Shown: one piece after another, positions 34,361 to 46,940 of the stretch
How positions within the stretch are numbered: the stretch's first letter is position 1
Layout: each line of letters opens with the position of its first letter
Assembly (NCBI GenBank): GCA_050613775.1
Contig: JBODTK010000140.1
Location: 62,001 to 126,000 of the forward strand
Direction: 5' to 3'
Length of the DNA stretch: 64,000 bases
Source: Neocallimastix sp. 'constans'
Lineage: Eukaryota
The notes under the pieces: model-generated
What the model saw: the letters and a program-made list of their open reading frames with translations, nothing else
What the model was told of the DNA's origin: nothing
Databases searched by the model: none
Position numbers and translations under genes: made by a program

Positions 34361-35147
34361 TAATACAGAATGAACAAATAATACTAATTGTGCTAGAATA
34401 ATATAAATTATTCTAACCTTATAGATTATTCTATTCTATATAATTGGAACTTTCCAATATTCTTCAAATATTACTAAATAGAAATCTTAAGTTAATAAAT
34501 CACTAATTAACTTATAATTCCTTTTTGAATTATCGATCCGATTCCATTATAATGTATTAAAAATCTTTAGCCAAGAATATTGTCCTTGCCCACTTAATAT
34601 ATTAATATTATATTTCTTTTGTATTATGTTATATTGAAAATAATCAAATCTATTTAATTAGTTATTAAAATTTTCGTTATCAATTTAAATTTATTTTTAA
34701 TTACTAAATTTAACTAAACCACAATAAAATATTCTGTATAATCTCTTTATTTTTATTTTATATATATTAGTATTAAACTATTATTAAATAATTAATAATT
34801 CAATAATATATAACTACTATTTATAACAATAATATTATTAACTAAAATAATAATTCAATTTCAATTTAAATGTTTTATTTATAAAAATAATTAGTAATTA
34901 GTTTATTAAAAAAATAGTTAGGCTTTACAAATTTTAATTTGATAAAAAAATATAAATACATGTAATTTTAGTGAAATAAAATATAATCAATAACTTTCTT
35001 TTTATTAAATAAATAATTATATTATTATTTTTCTTTTATAAATTTAAATAAATAAATATTGATTTTAAAACAAATTATTTTTTTTATTGTAATTTTATTA
35101 TTTGTGTTAATTATTATTATATTCCTAAAATTATATGAACCATACCA
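34361..35147 (+). mobile_element. Solo LTR G' of the G family
   Basis: Reverse complement of the G LTRs, TAATAC...ATACCA, with 4-bp TSD CTGA at 34357-34360 and 35148-35151. Confidence 0.93.
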
Positions 35148-35164
35148 CTGAAGATTTCGTTACA
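35148..35164 (-). mobile_element. 17-bp remnant resembling the 5' end of an E-like LTR in inverted orientation (E')
   Basis: Minus strand reads TGTAACGAAATCTTCAG, versus the E LTR start TGTAACGAATCTTAAA. Confidence 0.55.
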
Positions 35165-36168
35165 TGTGTAAAATATTTAATAATTTGAATACGTATTTAA
35201 ATGTAATGTAATGTAAATTATTGTGGATAAAAATGTTTTCCAAATTTTTAATATAAATTTAAATGTATTCCAAATTATTAATTTAAATAATTTTCTCAAA
35301 AATTTATGACTAAATTATTTGGAGAATTTACGTAACAATTACTCAGTTGAATCACGAAACTTCATAAATTAAAAAATAATTAGTCATTAATTAGTTAAAT
35401 TAAAATAATTAAAGGAATATTGCCTTTTCCGTTTGTTTACAAAAACTTGCCGTTTTGTTTACTTGTCTTTTAAATTATAGAAATTCTAAAAATAAAAATA
35501 GCAAGTTGTGGTTTAGTAAATTGGTTTTCACAACTTGGCAAAATTTAAATTAAATATATGGATAGAATATATTTAATCATATAATTAATGAATTAAACTC
35601 TAAATTTTCTTCATAGAAAATTTTAGAAAAATTAGATAGTTTTAAATAGGATTTATATTAAAATAATTCATGACATTTCATGTAATTTATTATATAATGT
35701 AATTGATAATATAAAATAATATTTTTATGTAATTTATTAAAATTTATTTTGATTTAAAACTTTATTTTGAAAAAATATAAAAAGAGTTAATTTTTCAACT
35801 ATTGAACGATAGTTGGAAAATCGTATAGAATAGGAAAATCGTATAGAATAGGAAAATCGTATAGTAATAGGAAAATTTAAATTTTATTATTAGTTTCGTA
35901 ACTATTATTAGAATAGTTACTTTCTTATAAATCAATTATATTATAATTTGTAAAATCTTAACTGCTAGTGGGAACTCCGGAAAGGACCCTGCGTTACCCA
36001 GTTAAGTGGTTGTTGAAAATTAGTTAATAAATAAAATAAATAAATAAAAGAAATTAAAAAAGAAAATAATTAATTAAATAATAGAGGTTTAAGATATAGT
36101 GTTATTAGTGTAGTAAAGTTAGTTTAGAATAGCCACAAACCTAGACTTGATAAGTATTTTATTTTACA

Positions 36169-36179
36169 ATTTTCCAACT
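36169..36179 (+). promoter_or_regulatory. Self-priming PBS of K
   Basis: ATTTTCCAACT is the exact complement of AGTTGGAAAAT at 35811-35821, which lies 35 nt downstream of TATAAAAA at 35776. No TGG tRNA PBS is present. Confidence 0.8.
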
Positions 36180-36247
36180 CTTTAGAATAGAAGTTTACCT
36201 TTGTGGCATTGTTAAGAAATAAGGAATAGTTAATATTTTAGTTTTAG

Positions 36248-36327
<80 letters not shown>

Positions 36328-36426
36328 GTTTAAAATTAGTAATAGTAAATAAAGGTGGATTTAATAATTAGTTATAGCATAGTATATAGTTTATTGTTTA
36401 GTAATAAAAATAGGTTTATAAATAGA

Positions 36427-39400
36427 ATGGAGTATTTGAGAATCAACAACCAAGACCCAGGAGCTAGGAGAGACTTCGACGCAGTCTCTGAAGCCAGCTC
36501 TATGGAAGTAGAAAATGAGGCTGGTAATCACGTCAATACCAGGGCACGCCTCATTCCAAAACCTAAGGTATTTTCAGGAAAAAGGAACGAACTGTCAGCG
36601 TTTTTAGGCCAAATTTCAAGATATTTCAAATACAACTTAGAAGGTGAAGCAATTGAAGATGACGAATTCAAGATAGATGTAGTGAGCAGCTACTTAGATG
36701 GAACCGCTGCAGAATGGTATGCTGACTTGTGTAAAGAAGAAAGCCCCTTGCTCCAAAGTTACGATCTCTTTATAAATGCATTAAAAGAAAGATATAAAAC
36801 CTGTGCCAGTACCGATGTAGCCAACAGTAGGATTACGAAGATAAAAAGCCACCATTATCGTTCTCTTGCCGAATACTGTGATCAGTTCGAAAAGGTAGCC
36901 AGAGACTCCTCCTTTAATGATGAAGCCAAGATTCACTTTTTTATTGATGGATTGCCAGCAAGAGCAAAAGAAAGAACAAGATTGATCTATCCCAGGATCA
37001 GGAAACTCAACGAACTAATTAATGTGGTATCTGCCAACGCTGAAGAAGACCGTCGTGTTTTTGGAAATGACCCCATGGATGTAGACCAGAGAAGAATTAG
37101 ACCTTTTAGCAGAAGTTTAGGAACAAGCCGTTACAGAACTAATTACCAAGATACCGAAAGAAATTATGGAATGCCGCCAGCAAATAAATTGTCAAGAATT
37201 AAGAAATGTTTTATATGCAACAGTACTAATCATTTGAAATCTAACTGTCCTAAACAAAAGGAGAAAATTCGGAGAAGAGAAAAGGTATTACAGATAAATG
37301 TTAGTAAAAAGAGTTTATCTCACACCTACAATGTAGCTATCAAGTTCAGAGATGGATTAATCCTAAAGGCAATTTTAGATACCGGATCTGACCTTAATTT
37401 AATTGATAGAAAAGTTGTAGACAGGTATGGTATTCCAATGCAACGTCTTCGTTATGAAAAGAATGTTTTAGGTATAAACGGAAATGGAATTATCCGCTAT
37501 GAAACCATTCCTTTAACTATGGTTATGGGTCAGCATTCTGAAATTATTAGTTTTTACATTTATGATTTACCTGAAGGAATACCCATTATCCTTGGAAATC
37601 CATGGTTAAAGAAACACTGCCCAACAATTGAATTTGACCACGGAAATATTAGATTCAGTTCCCAGTATTGTAAAAGAAACTGCTGTGCTACCGCCGAAGA
37701 AATTGCCAGAAGAGTTGAAGAAAAAAGAAGAAAAGAAGAAGAAGAACGCAGGAATAAAATCCAATTAGCAAAAGAAATTATTAATTATAAGGTTGAAAAT
37801 AATAAAGATAATTGTATTAGATTAGATAATGATGATTTTAAAAGTAGTTTAGAGATTGAAAAAAATAAAGCATATATTCGTAAAGTATGTAGTAAAAAGG
37901 CTGTTATGAAAAAAGCATTAGTTAAGAAAAATAAGAGTTTAAAAAGAAAAAATTTAAATAAAGATAAAATTGAAAATTATGTATTTTATTGTGTTTCAAA
38001 AACTGAAAGTAAAAATAAAGTTTTACGTGTTATTAGAGAAAAATGTGAAAATGTAAAAAGGAATACTAGTATTGATCGAGAAAAACAAGATAGAAATAAA
38101 ATTAATATAAAAGATGAAGTTAAAGAAGAGATTCCAGAACAATATAAGGAATATAAATGTGTATTTGATGAAAGAGAATGCGATAAATTACCTCCTCACC
38201 GGTTGTATGACTGTAAAATTAGATTAAAGGATGATGTTGACTTATTTTATGGTCCTTTATATCCCTTGAATGAAGAAGAACGGGAAGCATTGAAAGAATA
38301 TATTCAAGAAAATTTAAAAAAGGTTTTATCAAGCCATCAAATTCACCTGCTGGAGCACCAATATTATTCGTTAGAAAGAAGGATGGTAGTTTAAGACTTT
38401 GCGTTGATTATAGACGTTTAAATGAAAATACTATAAGAGATTCTTATCCTTTATCGTTAATTTCAGAATTTTTTGATAGATTAAGAGAGGCAAAATTTTT
38501 TACCAAACTAGATTTAAAATCAGCATATAATCTAGTAAGAATTCGTAAAGGAGATGAGTATAAAACCGCTTTCAGAACAAGATACGGTCATTATGAATAC
38601 CGAGTAATGCCCTTTGGATTAAAGAATGCACCTGCTACTTTCCAACACTTTATTAATGATGTATTAGGGGAATACTTAGATGAATTCGCTTTCGCTTATA
38701 TTGATGATATACTTATATACTCAAACACCCTAGAAGAACATCGCGTGCATGTGAAGAAGATTCTTAAACGTTTGCAAGAAAGTGGACTTTATGCAAAATT
38801 AAGTAAGTGTGAATTTGAAGTCCAGAAAACAACATTCTTGGGGCACGTAATATCCAATCAAGGAATTTCCATGGATCCGGATAAAGTTAAGTCTATCTTA
38901 GAATGGCCAATACCAACTACAGTCAAAGAAGTACAATCATTTATAGGTTTATGCAACTACTACCGAAGATTCATCTCAAACTTTGCTAAAATTGCTAAGC
39001 CGTTACACAACTTAACAAGAAAAGATATTAAATATGAATGGACTGAAGAATGCTCCGTTGCATTCGAAACTTTGAAGAAACTCTTTACCATAGAACCTAT
39101 TCTTGCCCATGCAGATCCAGAATTACCGTTTACAGTAGAGACAGATGCAAGTAATTTTGCAATTGGTGACGTATTATCTCAAAGAAATAAGGATACAAAT
39201 GAGTTACATCCAATCTGTTATTATTCTAGAGGTTTGTCCAAATCTGAAAGAAACTACCCTATTTATGACAAAGAACTTTTAGCGGTTAAGTGTGCATTAC
39301 AAGAGTGGAGACATTACCTTGAGGGTTCAAAACACCAGTTTACAATTTTCACAGATCACAAAAATCTTACTTTTCCTCGTAAGCCAGAACTTCTATCTCA

Positions 39401-41060
39401 ACGACAAATTAGATGGAATTTATTTTTGTCACGATTCGATTATAAATTGCAATATAGACCAGGAAAAGAGGGTGGAAAACCAGATGCTTTTTCAAGAAGA
39501 CCAGACTATGAAGATAAAGAAATTGAGGATGAAGAAGACTCAACCCCGTGCTTCGCTATCATGGACTTAGATAATAATTCATACCCTTCAATCCAAGGTC
39601 AACTAAAAGAGGAATTAATAAAGAATACAAAAGAGGATAAATTTATCCAGGAATTAATTAGCGTAAAGAAAGGAGTATCGACTACTAACAATAAATATAA
39701 AAGTAAAATGAAAGATTTCGAACTTGAGGAGGATGGATTACTTCTTTATAAAGGACTTATCTTTGTTCCTAACAAGATGAAAGATATTATTATCGGTATC
39801 CACCATGATAATCCTGTGCAAGGCCACTTTAGAATTCTTAAAACTAAAGAAGTTATTAGTAGAAATTTTGTTTGGTTCAGAATGACAGATGATATCGTAA
39901 AGTACATTGCTTCTTGTAAGATTTGTTGTCAAGCTAAAGATGATCGTCATAAACCATATGGATTACTTCAACCGCTCCCTACTCCAAAAAGACCATGGTC
40001 ATATGTTTCAATGGATTTCATCACTGATTTACCTAAATCGAGAGACAAATCAGTAATTATGGTTATAGTAGACAGATTAACTAAAATGGCTCATTTTATC
40101 CCATTTAGAAACCTTCCTACCGCTGTTATCGCTGCAGATGTTTTCTTTCGTGAAATCTTTCGCTTACACGGCCTTCCAGATGATATTGTTTCGGATAGGG
40201 GTTCTCAATTTACCTCGGAATTTTGGACACGATTATGCAGTTTATTAGATATTCGTCAAAATTTGTCAACAGCACATCACCCTCAAACAGATGGTCAAAC
40301 TGAACGAGTTAATGGTATATTAGAACAATTTTTAAGGTGCTATATTAACAAAAGAAAAAATAACTGGATGGACATTCTTCCTTATGCTGAATTCGCATAT
40401 AATAACACATTACAACAATCGACTAATCAGACACCATTCTTCTCAAATTATGGTTTTAATCCAAAATTCAATCCAGTTATACCTGCTGATAGCAGAAGAA
40501 CAAGTACCATTGACCATGTTGAACAAATAAGGAAAAACATGCAATTCCTCAAGAAAAATTTAGAAAAAGCTAAGGAAAGATATAAGAGATACGCAGATCA
40601 CTTAAGAATTGTAGGACCAAAATTAAAAGTAGGTGATAAAGTTTGGTTAAAGCGTCCAGACTTACTTCCAAAAGGTCCTTCTAAATTGACTAACAGAAAA
40701 CTCGGTCCTTTTAAAATTATTGAAAAAACAGGCCCTGTTTCTTATAAATTAGAATTACCTGATACTATTAAATGCCATAATGTTTTCCATATTTCAAATC
40801 TAGAACCTTACAATGAAAGAGAATTTAATGAATCAAGTGCAAGTACTATTACTCGAATTACTTCGATCGCTACTGATACTGAAGGAAAGGAACCTTTGAA
40901 GATTGTTGCCGCTAAAGTTGTTAACAATAAACCTCTTTACTTTATGTTATGGAAAGGACTTCCAGCTACTGAATGCACTTGGTTGTCTGAAGAAGAAATC
41001 TCCGATCCTCAATTAGTTCAAGAGTTCAATAGAACTAATAGAGTTCCTTCGAGATTATAA
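36427..41060 (+). pseudogene. gag-pol: Gag-pol polyprotein of K (Gag, CCHC, protease, RT, RNase H, integrase, chromodomain), broken by a 1-nt loss in the A run at 38316-38321
   Basis: Motifs PMDVD, CFICNSTNHLKSNC, ILDTGS, YIDD, SDRGSQF, GPF and YFMLWKG...TW. Adding one A restores ENLKKGFIKPSNSPAGAP and joins the two track ORFs. Confidence 0.9.
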
Positions 41061-42082
41061 GTCGCTCAGGGGCTCGACTTAAACAGAGGGGCATGTAAAA
41101 TATTTAATAATTTGAATACGTATTTAAATGTAATGTAATGTAAATTATTGTGGATAAAAATGTTTTCCAAATTTTTAATATCAATTTAAATGTATTCCAA
41201 ATTATTAATTTAAATAATTTTCTCAAAAATTTATGACTAAATTATTTGGAGAATTTACGTAACAATTACTCAGTTGAATCACGAAACTTCATAAATTAAA
41301 AAATAATTAGTCATTAATTAGTTAAATTAAAATAATTAAAGGAATATTGCCTTTTCCGTTTGTTTACAAAAATTTGCCGTTTTGTTTACTTGTCTTTTAA
41401 ATTATAGAAATTCTAAAAATAAAAATAGCAAGTTGTGGTTTAGTAAATTGGTTTTCACAACTTGGCAAAATTTAAATTAAATATATGGATAGAATATATT
41501 TAATCATATAATTAATGAATTAAACTCTAAATTTTCTTCATAGAAAATTTTAGAAAAATTAGATAGTTTTAAATAGGATTTATATTAAAATAATTCATGA
41601 CATTTCATGTAATTTATTATATAATGTAATTGATAATATAAAATAATATTTTTATGTAATTTATTAAAATTTATTGTGATTTAAAACTTTATTTTGAAAA
41701 AATATAAAAAGAGTTAATTTTTCAACTATTGAACGATAGTTGGAAAATCGTATAGAATAGGAAAATCGTATAGTAATAGGAAAATTTAAATTTTATTATT
41801 AGTTTCGTAACTATTATTAGAATAGTTACTTTCTTATAAAACAATTATATTATAGTTTGTAAAACCTTAACTGCTAGTGGGAACTCCGGAAAGGACCCTG
41901 CGTTGCCCAGTTAAGTGGTTGTTGAAAATTAGATAATAAATAAAATAAATAAATAAAAGAAATTAAAAAAGATAATAATTAATTAAATAATAGAGGTTTA
42001 AGATATAGTGTTATTAGTGTAGTAAAGTTAGTTTAGAATAGCCACAAACCTAGACTTGATAAGTATTTTATTTTACAACATG

Positions 42083-44046
42083 AAGAATCTTTTAATACAA
42101 TCAAATCCAAATTTATTTCTGCTCCCGTTCTCGCTTATCCTGACTGAAATCTCCCATTCATGGTCGAAACCGATAGCAGTAATTTTGCTATAGGTGCTGT
42201 TCTCTCCCAAACTTCTTCAAAAGATAATAAAATTCATCCCATTGCCTTTTATTCAAGATCTCTTACTTCACCAGAAAGAAACTACCCGATTTACGATAAG
42301 GAGCTCTTAGCAATCATCTCTGCATTGGAAAACTGGCGACATCTTCTGAAAGGAACACCTACACCGTTTACAATTTATTCTGATCATCGCAACCTTCTCT
42401 ATCAGAAAAAACCTGAAAAGATGACACAAAGGCTTATTCGTTGGTCTCTATTCTTATCCGAGTTTAACTTCAAAATTGTCTATCGCTCTGGCTCAATCAA
42501 TGGAAAACCCGATGCGCTCTCAAGAAGACCTGATTATGCTGCTTCTGAACAAAATTCTAATGAAATCCCCTTCTCAGTGCTCCGTCCTGAAAACTTTGCT
42601 GCTTTCCCAACTTCCGCTGTACCTTTCACTGAAGAAATCCTTTCCGAATGTAAAAACGATTCATTTTATCATAACGTTTGTGACTACCTTGGAAATAACA
42701 AGCTCCCAATCCCACATCCTAAAATCGATAAATTCTCACTTAGTAACGGTTACCTTCTCTTTGACAACAAACTTTATATTCCGCCTAACTGCCGCTCACA
42801 CGCTTTTAAGATCTGCCATGACTCTCCCTCCGCTGGTCACTTCGGAATTCGAAAAACAATTAATCTTTTAAATCGCGACTTTTGGTGGCCCTCGCTTAAC
42901 TCTGATGCTAAAGACTATATTCGCTCCTGCGAAACTTGCTGCCGTTCTAAGGACTCAAGACACAAACCTTATGGATACTTACAACCGCTTGAAATTCCTA
43001 ATCGCCCTTGGATCTCTATTGCTATGGATTTTATTACCGATCTCCCTGAATCTTCTGGTTTTACTTGTATCTTTGTCATTGTCGACCGCTTCTCTAAAAT
43101 GTGCCACTTTATTCCTTTTGAAAACGTTCCTTCCGCCCCTGACACTGCTTCTGCTTTTATGAAAACCGTCTTTCGACTCCACGGCTTACCAAATGAAATT
43201 CTATCCGATAGAGGAACCCAATTTACCTCTAAATTTTGGACTGCTGTTTGCGATGCCCTCGACATTAAGTTGAAGTTCTCTTCTCCATCCCATCACCAAA
43301 CTAACGGTTTGACGGAGAGGGTGAACTCCGTTATTGAACAATATTTAAGATGTTTTGCTAACTACAAAGGATCTAATTGGAGTAACTATCTTTATCTGGC
43401 CGAATTCAGTTACAACAATGCAATCCAGGAATCGTCTAATTACTCACCTTTCTATGCAAATTATGGATTCAATCCTAGGCATTCACCAGAAATACCAAGT
43501 AACATCGATGTACCAAGAGCTGAAGACTTTGTAGTAAATTTATCTGATCTCTCTAAGGAATTAAAAAAGAATTTGGAAACCGCCTCTAAGAAACAAGAAA
43601 ACTTTGCAAATAAACACAGAACCCAAGCCCCAGAATTCAAGAAAAATGATAAAGTATGGCTGAATAGTTCTCTCATTTTAAGAAACAAAAACAAAAAACT
43701 TAAACCAAGAAAATTAGGACCTTTCAAAATTATAAAGAAAATCTCTCCGGTAACTTACAAATTAGATCTACCAAAGAAGTATAGAATTCATCCAATTATA
43801 CATGTATCCGAATTAGAACCATATTATGAAGACAATTTTAATAGAACTCAAGCACCACCTCCACCGGTTATCATAGATGATGAAGAAGAATATGAAGTTG
43901 AAAAGATTCTGGATAAAAGAAAACATTATGGAAAAATTCAATATCTCATCAAATGGAAAGGATACTCACTATCTGATGCCTCGTGGGAACTTGAATCCAA
44001 CCTCAACTGCCCTGAACTAATCAAAGAATTTAATGAGTCCAACTAA
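42083..44046 (+). pseudogene. pol: 3' remnant of E pol: RNase H, integrase and chromodomain
   Basis: Motifs ETDSSNFAIG, SDRGTQF, LGPF and EYEVEKILDKR...YLIKWKGY...SWE. In-frame TGA at 42145-42147. Gag, protease and most of RT are absent. Confidence 0.92.
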
Positions 44047-44403
44047 ATATAAATCATTTAATCAAAAATAAATTTTATTTCATCAAAGTACTATTAATCA
44101 TTCTAACTTATGATTATTTTAAAAAAAAAAAAAAAAAAAAAAAATTATTTTATATTATTCAAAAACATTTATTCTAGATAGTTTTATTTTTATACTTTAT
44201 TTTTAAAACTTAAAATTCATGTAATTTTTATTATCCAATGTATTAATTAAATTATCACTCCTATAAGTATTTTAGTTATAGTTTATTATTATAAAAGTTA
44301 GAATTAGAAATAGTTTAGATTTAAAGCAAAAGATTCGTCTGGCATCCGAATCCTAGAGGAGGACCATGTAACGAATCTTAAAAAAAATTAGAAATTAGAA
44401 TAC

Positions 44404-44457
44404 TGGCATAGTGGTTAGTCACTATGACCTCAGCCTGAACCACTAGGGTTCGACTCA
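44404..44457 (+). promoter_or_regulatory. Pol III A and B boxes in the intact 3' LTR of E (unoccupied copy of the target)
   Basis: TGGCATAGTGG at 44404 and GGTTCGACTCA at 44447, with an uninterrupted A8 tract at 44380-44387. Confidence 0.75.
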
Positions 44458-44983
44458 CACCTTTACTAAAATTTTATATCATTTAAATTTTAAAGAATTT
44501 TTATACTTCATTTCTGTATTTGTTTCTGTATTTGTTTCTGTATAAATTTCTGTAAAAATTAATAAAAGAAATTCTTAGAAATTAATAGAAACAAATCAGA
44601 TAGAAATTCTATTTTAATTTATCTTTTATCATTATTTCTTTTAGATTCTTTTTAACCGAAAATAATCAATTTTTATGAAACTTTTTAATGATTTTATGGT
44701 TTTAAATTTTTATGGATTTAAATTTTGAAGAACTATAAATAGGAGTGAATTTCGCAGCCAAAAAAAAAAAAAAAAAATATTCTAAAAATTGTGTTTTTAT
44801 TAATTATTGAATTAATTAATAAGTAATTCGAAATATTACAATAATTAATCTTTATAATTAATATTTTTAAATTTCTTAATTAATAAAACTATATTTTAAA
44901 AAACCAAATTTACTTATTAATCAAAAAGTGCTTACCTATTGTGTTACACTCTTTAAAACACGGATATTCCAATATTCGTTACA

Positions 44984-46838
44984 GGTAGACCCAAATTTTT
45001 CTAGAGAAATCATCAAGAAAAGTAACATAATAATTGAAATCATTATATGATGTTTCCAATTTTCCAACTACATCAGAATGAACTAGTTCCATAGGTTTTG
45101 AAGCATTATTAGGGGAAGAGTAGAATGGTTTTCTCTTTAATTTAGTGATTTTGCATTGGCGACAATTTTTATCATTATGGTATTTAGTATGCTCAATGAC
45201 AAAATCTTTGATATCATTATTATAAAAGTGTCCCAAACAAGCATGCCACAAGTTAGTATCAATGCTGAAAACATAATTCTTAGATATAGTATTATTTGAA
45301 GGTATTGTATCAAACACGAATAAATTTTCATCATTCGCAAAAATATTTGCAATTAACTTATTATTTTTGAATATTTGTAAACGGTCTTTGTTATTTACGC
45401 GTTTCATTATAATAGTGCATCCATTTTTTAATATTGAATGAGTGGAAATTAGATTGTTTTGAATATTTGACGCGTAATAAACATTTGATAATATAAAATC
45501 TTTATTTTTAAATTTACCATTGTAAGTACCTACATTTTCGACCTTGTCTAAATCACCATTTGGATAAATGATATTTTTATTATTTACTTTATTTATATTG
45601 TTTAAATTGTTGATGTTATTAGTTAAGTTGATGCCAGTACCACTATCAATAATCCAATGTGTGGAATTATTATTATTATTTATTGTTGTATAATTACAAT
45701 TTTGAATTACTGAAATACTTCCTGTAAAATCAATGTATACCTCATCTTCATTTTCATTATTATTTTCAAAAAAATTATTGTTATTATTATTAGATTTATC
45801 ATTGTTCTTATTAATAATATTTCCAGAGTAATAATTATTTTTGTTATTATATCTTTTATAATAATTTTTATTTTTGTAATTATTATTTTTATAATTTTTA
45901 TCATTATCATCTGATTTATTATTTTCTCTAATTAAAAGATTATATTTACAATGATCAGTAGTGTGACCTTTAGTTTTGCATATATGACAATAATATTCGT
46001 TACGAATTTTATTAGTATTATTATAATTTTTATTATTATTTGGTTTATTTTTATTTATATTATTGACATTTGAATCGTTTATAACGGTAGTTTTTGACCT
46101 TAAAATTTCGGCTTTTTCAAAAAAGTCATGCCTTTTGTTTAATTCTTTAATAAGATCATCAAAAGTTTTATAACTATAAATTGGTGGTGAATTTATACCA
46201 ATTCTATCTAATTCATTTACTGCAAATAAAAGTTTAGTTTCCTCATCAAAAGGAATTCTTTTTAATTTATTAGATTCAAATTTATGTTGTTCGAAAAGAT
46301 TGTTTAATTCATTAATATATTGAATATAGTCATTGTTTATTAACTTAAGATTAATAATTTTATATTCAAGAATATTTAATAGTGCTTGGCCAGATTGATA
46401 GAAACGGTTTTTTAATCTATCAATCATACTATAAGCAGTTTTACATCCTCGTAAATATTCTTGGTTTGATTTTTCTAAACTATTTATTATGATAGATTGA
46501 ACCGCATTATCCGATTTTATTTGACCTCTGTTCATATTTGAATATTGGATTTCTTTTTCAATATAAATATCTAAATCATTGGCAATGAGATGCCTCTTTA
46601 AAGGCTCATACCAATCTAAGAAATTTTCTTTATTTAATACGAAATCTTTAATTTCAAAAACAGATTTAGTTATATTTCCATAATATTTGTTTATGATAAT
46701 CCTTTTATCATTGGATTCATCATCTTCATATGAAGAAATCGATTCATCGTCCTTATTTTCAGTTGGATTCGATGAACTCGAACTCTCTTCAATATGATTA
46801 TTATTGTTATTCTTTCTTTTAGCCATTCTTTGGAACAT
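44984..46838 (-). pseudogene. gag-pol: Copia gag-protease-integrase N-terminal part, truncated by insertion of E
   Basis: Zinc knuckle CHICKTKGHTTDHC, protease WIIDSGTG, LWHACLGH...CRQC, and ELVHSDV...YYVTFLDDFSR. Confidence 0.93.
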
Positions 46839-46925
46839 TAATATAAAATAATTAATTATATTATAAAGTCATTAAAATCATTAAAATGTTTTAAAAATTA
46901 AAATTAATAATAGGTCTCTTGATAT

Positions 46926-46940
46926 ATGAGACTCTTAATC
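46926..46940 (-). promoter_or_regulatory. Copia PBS complementary to the anticodon arm of tRNA-Lys(CUU) (half-tRNA priming)
   Basis: Plus strand ATGAGACTCTTAATC directly abuts the LTR and matches the anticodon stem-loop of eukaryotic tRNA-Lys(CUU) as I recall it. Confidence 0.75.

Larger units (their letters stand above)
35167..42077 (+). mobile_element. Element K: chromoviral Ty3/gypsy (Tf1/sushi-like), full length but decaying
   Basis: LTRs at 35167-36168 and 41094-42077, differing by one 18-bp GGAAAATCGTATAGAATA unit and several substitutions. 5-bp TSD ACATG at 35162-35166 and 42078-42082. PPT AAACAGAGGGG. Confidence 0.95.
6054..44983 (+). mobile_element. Element E: chromoviral Ty3/gypsy, internally deleted and host to nested insertions
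   Basis: 5' LTR is split into 6054-6073 and 25715-26308; the intact 3' LTR is 44367-44983 (TGTAACGAAT...TTCGTTACA). 5-bp TSD GGTAG at 6049-6053 and 44984-44988. PPT AGAGGAGGA precedes the 3' LTR. Confidence 0.93.

Noticed and set aside
38311..38325. Programmed -1 frameshift at A AAA AAG in element K
   Set aside because: It lies inside the conserved RT N-terminus (ENLKKGFI) in a homopolymer, with no obvious downstream stimulator. K has other damaging changes (YPLS, AIGDVL, GHFR). A mutation or sequencing error is more likely.
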